A DNA stretch of 64,000 nucleotides from an uncultured Verrucomicrobiae bacterium (GTDB lineage Bacteria; Verrucomicrobiota; Verrucomicrobiia; Chthoniobacterales; UBA10450). The notes under the pieces were generated by a model. It was not told the origin of the DNA and ran no database searches. It saw only the letters and a program-made list of their open reading frames with translations. Made by a program: the position numbers and the translations under genes. Positions 59,744 to 64,000 of the stretch are shown here, one piece after another (position 1 is the stretch's first letter; every line of letters starts with the position of its first letter). The stretch is taken from NCBI GenBank assembly GCA_963834385.1, contig CAWIBO010000005.1, positions 480,001 to 544,000 on the forward strand, given 5' to 3'.

Positions 59744-60760
59744 CTATTAGCGCCTTCCAGCTCGCCAAGAACTGCGAAAAGTCGACTTTACACCAACCCT
59801 CGAAGGCCTTCGCAACATTGCCCGCGGCGGAACCGCTCCGGATTCCCCGTTTCGCGACAACAAATCTCCTCAATCGTGACCGTTGTTCCTCCCTTCCGCA
59901 TTCCTTTGCATGAGGTCTACAGTCTTTCAGACTACGCTTAGAAAGCGTTAAACATCCGTCTGACCATCCACAGCCATGGGCGAAAACGTGGCTCCTGTCC
60001 GTCTGCCCGAAGATTTTGTCTCCTCGCTGTATATGTCCCCGAATGTTGTAGGCGTCTTGCAATGCGCGGGGGCTATTCAATGAAGGAGTGCCCGGGGGGT
60101 AGCTACTGGATGCATGAGACGTCGGAAGGACATGATAGAAGCCGGGCGGGTAACAGGGCTAGGTGTCCATAGGGATCTTCACTGCGGTGCCGCGGAAAGT
60201 TGTAGGATTGATTTATTTCTTGTGAAGAAAAGGACCCGTCTCGATTAAAAACTGATGTTGCCCCTAGCTGATCCTAAGTCTCGAAGTGGATCGTTACTCC
60301 GGAAATCGAAGAATTCTCCGGAATCATCAGCTGCTACGCAAGAAAGCGCGCTTTTGGGATCCTCTTTGCATCATACCCAATGTTGCGAGCTGTAGTCCCA
60401 GCTTGTCCCGCCGATTGATCGGGTCGTTATGGACCATCCCGTAAATGTTTAGCCCCCCAATTTCCTCTATCGGGTCGCGACTGAGCCAACATCCCAACTC
60501 GGGATCATAAAAACGAAATCCGAAGTAGAATTTGTCGATCTGACCTTCGTGCCGCTCGTTAGAGAACGCCAACGAAAAAGCCATAGGTCCCGACACCACT
60601 GCTACAACTGAATCACCGAACGGCGCGTAGCTGCCGGAAACCGCTCATTCCAGCTTGTGAGCTTTCGACTACCGCAGTGACATTACCACTGCGGTCAGCA
60701 ATAGGCATGGAGTTGCCGGAGCCGATAACAGTGACGACCCGTTGGCATTGTTTTCGGAGG
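59744..60760 (-). pseudogene. Rhs core tail and C-terminal toxin domain, broken across frames (L,D-transpeptidase/Tlde1-like tip)
   Basis: IADRSGNVTAVV, YAPFG, FGFRFYDPELGCWLSRDPIEEIGGLNIYGMVHNDPINRRDKLGL, then PPGFY...RSHVFAHGCGWSDGCLTL. Confidence 0.75.
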
Positions 60761-63700
60761 TTATCTCACTTTCGTGGACGATCTTCCTACAATAGACGTG
60801 GATAGCATACTGTAGGCTTTGTGTTCTACGAGAACTTGCCAACCGTCATAAATAAAGAAAACCGGTTCGGCGGCGTCGTTCATGATCTTGCGGCCGTGCG
60901 CATCGAAGAGAAACGAGACGCAGTCTCTGCTTACTCTCTGATTTGCACTCTTTAATCTATTTTCCCCATCCCATTCGTAGGTCCACCGCCCGTCCTGGAT
61001 TAGGTTGCCGTCGAGGTCGTAGGCGAAGGTTTCGGTGGCGGGTGGGAGGAAGATCTGGCCGTTGGTGGTGGTGACGGCGTCTTCGCCGGACGGGCCGGCG
61101 TTGTTCTTTACCGCGACGATTTCGACCGGGTGAAAGGCACCGCCGGCTGAGTTGTCTGCCTCGACCTGCGCGTGAAAGTAATCGCCTTTTCGCGTCGCCG
61201 GGTTCCCATTCACCGTGACGGTCGCGTCCGGCGCTGCGGTGCCCGTAATGTCGAGCACGCCCGGGACTGTCCGGCTCACATATTGATTCAGGCTATTGGC
61301 GGTGTAGTTGGCGGTCCGCCCATTCGTGATGGTCCGGGTTCGGTTGCCGATGTTGTCGTATTCGTAGGTGAACTGCGCGCCGCCGACCGGCGTGCCATCA
61401 GGCCAATGTTTGTTGCCGACAGTCAACTGCCCCAGCGGGTCGTACTGATACAGCCAGTGGCTGCCGTCGGCGAGATCAGCCCGGGTGCGCTGATCCAGAC
61501 TGTTATACTGATAGGAGTGCGAACTGAGCACTTCGCCGGTCGGCCTGCTCGACGCGATCATGGTCAGCCGGTTAAGCCGGTCGTAGGTTTTAGTCGTCTG
61601 CATCGTGGTCGTGCCGGCGTTCTGGAAGACGGTCGACGCCACCAGGTCCGAGTGCGGATGGTAGGTGTAATCCGCCGACACCGTACCGTTCCCGACGGAA
61701 ATCAGGCGTGAGGCAGAGTCGTAGGAATACGTGTGCTCGAGCAGAAGCTCGCCGTGACGATAAGCCTTGAGCTTGTTCCGCCGCTGTTGCGCGTCGTACT
61801 CGTTGGCGAGCATTACGCCGTCGAGGATTCCACCGGTGATGGTCTCGGAAGTAATCTGATCAAAGGAATTGAAGGCAAATACGTGGTCGCCCGCAGCGTC
61901 GCTCACCCCGATAACCCGTCCACGGCGGTCCAGGTCGAAGGTGACATCCGGGGTCGCGTCCGAGTAATCAATGCCGACCAGTTCGCCGGCCGTGTCGTAG
62001 GAATATTCGGTGACGACCCCGCGTGCCCACGTCCGGGTCCGGACACGGCCCGCCGACGAGTAAGTGTAAGAAGGGCCATGACCATCGTCGTAGACCTTGC
62101 TCGTGAGCCAGCCCCGCTGCGGATCGTAGTTCCACGTCGTAACGCCCGTGCCGGCAGCGAGGGTCTTTAATCGGCCTTGCGCGTCATAGGTGTAGTCGAC
62201 GGGATAAACCTGCGCTCCATGCCGCTTCTTAAGATGACCCGTGGGATAATATTCGCTGAATGTCGCGGACCCATCCGGCAGCGTTGTCTCGATGACCCGA
62301 TTCTGCGCATCGTAGCGGAACAATGTGACCTGCGGCGGGGCGGCGTCCTCGGCCGCGGGAGCGGTGATGCTGATCACCTGATCCGCCTCATCGTAAATGT
62401 AGGAGGTGGCGCCGTTGCGCGCGTCCATCTCCTCGATCATGCGTCCATGCGCATCGTAGGCGAACGCTTTGCGGAGAAGCTCTGTGCCCGCAGCATCATG
62501 ACGCGAGATCTCCTGCAGTCTCCCCTGCTCAAACCTGCGCAGGCTATACGATCCGTCCGGATTGGTCGTTTTATCCGTCCGAACCGTTCCGGGACCACGC
62601 GTGGTGAGGTGGTGCGTGACCAACCCCTGCCGGTCCGACCTGCGCTCTGTCGCCGCGGCATTAGTCTCTTCAGTCAGGAAAGTGAGTGGTCCGGAAGGAT
62701 TCCAAACGTCATAGACAGTCCGGCTGACGACATTTGCGGCGACGTTCGCCGCTGAGTCGGTCACGCGCGAGATTCTGTCCTCGGCCAGATCGATGACACC
62801 GTTCTGATTCAGGTCGAGCGCGCGCAACTCCACCTCGCCTTCGTCGTTATAGGAAAACAGCTGGGTGACGCCGTCCGGATCGACTTCCCGCACAAGCTGG
62901 CTCTTCGCGTTGAAAAAGCGCAGCGTGGCCGCCCCGTCCGGGTAGACCATCTTGTATTCGCGCCCGAGGAAATCGGTGTAGGTCGCCATCCATTCGGTCT
63001 CTTCCCCGGCCGAGCCGAGGTAGATCTCGCGGGCGAAAAACTCTCCTCCCTCGATTCCGTATTCCCATTTCCTCGGGAGAACACCGGTGCCGGTGAGCAC
63101 CAGAGGCGCACCATCCTTCGCGAAGGTCTCCAGCTTGTCGCCGCCATCGGGAATGCTCGTCAGCACAGTGGGATGCCCGGCGGCATCGAATCCGTAGCTC
63201 ATGCTGGTCAGACCCCGCGGACTCGTCGAGCTGATCATCCGTCCGGCGAGGTCGTAGGCGCTCTCTTCCAGCAGCATGATCGTGCCGTCGCTGCCCTGCC
63301 GGCGCACGGCGATTCGCCGGCCCAGCGGATCATACTCATAGAGCAGGGTCACGCCGGCGCGCGTTTCAGAAATGACCCGTGCTTCCTCATCGTAAACGAA
63401 GGTGGTCGCCACGCCGTCCCGGTCGCTCGATGAAGAAACGCCGCAACAATCATAAGTGAAGGTCTCCGTCGATCCGTCGGGATGCTGCACCGAAAGCGGC
63501 CGGCCCGCGCCATCAACCGCCGTTGTTGTCCTGGCGGACGTCCGCAATCCCGACGCGATGTCTTCCTCGGCTTCAAGGAGCGAGTAGCCGGCCGCATTGG
63601 TCCTGGTGATTCGCCGGGTCCCGTCCACCACGGCATTCCCGGTTCCGTTGAGTTCTCCCATGGAGATCGTTGTGGTCCGTTCACCATTCGCCTCGACGTA

Positions 63701-64000
63701 ACTGAATATCTCCCCGGTCCCGTCGGGCTTCAGGATTCTGTCCGGCTGTCCGTAGAACGTTCCGGTCGGGACCAGATACGTCGTCGTGATGAGGTTTGCC
63801 GAATCGTTCCAGGCCGCCCCGACGACATGCGCCTGGATCCGATCGACCCGGTCGGAGTAGACGGCTTCGTAGTCCCGCCGAATCTCGGTTCCGCGGAGCG
63901 TTTCGACGATGGTCACGCGCGGATTTACGTCGCTGTAGGTGGTCGCAACCACGCGGCACTCACTTTCCGGGGCGTTCTGGGCTGCATCCAAAAACTGCGA
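60761..64000 (-). CDS. Rhs / YD-repeat polymorphic toxin core (5' end outside the window)
   Basis: Many YD..GR repeats (YDPLGR, YDLAGR, YDAHGR, YDAQGR, YDNIGNR, YDLDGN); frame open to base 64000. Confidence 0.93.
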   Translation of the reverse strand, partial: SQFLDAAQNAPESECRVVATTYSDVNPRVTIVETLRGTEIRRDYEAVYSDRVDRIQAHVVGAAWNDSANLITTTYLVPTGTFYGQPDRILKPDGTGEIFSYVEANGERTTTISMGELNGTGNAVVDGTRRITRTNAAGYSLLEAEEDIASGLRTSARTTTAVDGAGRPLSVQHPDGSTETFTYDCCGVSSSSDRDGVATTFVYDEEARVISETRAGVTLLYEYDPLGRRIAVRRQGSDGTIMLLEESAYDLAGRMISSTSPRGLTSMSYGFDAAGHPTVLTSIPDGGDKLETFAKDGAPLVLTGTGVLPRKWEYGIEGGEFFAREIYLGSAGEETEWMATYTDFLGREYKMVYPDGAATLRFFNAKSQLVREVDPDGVTQLFSYNDEGEVELRALDLNQNGVIDLAEDRISRVTDSAANVAANVVSRTVYDVWNPSGPLTFLTEETNAAATERRSDRQGLVTHHLTTRGPGTVRTDKTTNPDGSYSLRRFEQGRLQEISRHDAAGTELLRKAFAYDAHGRMIEEMDARNGATSYIYDEADQVISITAPAAEDAAPPQVTLFRYDAQNRVIETTLPDGSATFSEYYPTGHLKKRHGAQVYPVDYTYDAQGRLKTLAAGTGVTTWNYDPQRGWLTSKVYDDGHGPSYTYSSAGRVRTRTWARGVVTEYSYDTAGELVGIDYSDATPDVTFDLDRRGRVIGVSDAAGDHVFAFNSFDQITSETITGGILDGVMLANEYDAQQRRNKLKAYRHGELLLEHTYSYDSASRLISVGNGTVSADYTYHPHSDLVASTVFQNAGTTTMQTTKTYDRLNRLTMIASSRPTGEVLSSHSYQYNSLDQRTRADLADGSHWLYQYDPLGQLTVGNKHWPDGTPVGGAQFTYEYDNIGNRTRTITNGRTANYTANSLNQYVSRTVPGVLDITGTAAPDATVTVNGNPATRKGDYFHAQVEADNSAGGAFHPVEIVAVKNNAGPSGEDAVTTTNGQIFLPPATETFAYDLDGNLIQDGRWTYEWDGENRLKSANQRVSRDCVSFLFDAHGRKIMNDAAEPVFFIYDGWQVLVEHKAYSMLSTSIVGRSSTKVR

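Noticed and set aside
60761..64000. Assigning the Rhs protein to a type VI secretion system
   Set aside because: The N-terminus is outside the window and no PAAR, VgrG or Hcp genes are visible, so the delivery route cannot be determined

Overview
GC-rich bacterial window, probably Verrucomicrobiota (Chthoniobacterales-like); this is inferred from gene content, not searched. Positions 1-51.9 kb are dense housekeeping and envelope genes: leucine/HMG-CoA catabolism, cysDNC, nuoBC, metG, accBC, thiE, ispH, glyA, zwf-opcA, queA, udg, lipid A enzymes, three YkuD-family proteins, and a halogenase-lipoprotein-MMPL-LolA operon. Several conserved genes carry single +1 indels that look like assembly errors. 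From about 51.95 kb to the window end is an accessory polymorphic-toxin locus on the minus strand. It starts with a large Rhs/YD-repeat gene (5' end outside the window) whose frame-broken C-terminal tip contains an L,D-transpeptidase-like H...SxGC motif resembling Tlde1/DUF2778. About a dozen small exported/lipoprotein genes follow (a candidate poly-immunity array with paralogues and scars), then a Phd-PemK toxin-antitoxin pair. The distal cassettes are separated by three modular composite repeats built from heptamer runs and a GNA-loop hairpin. No rRNA, tRNA, CRISPR array, integrase or transposase was recognised.
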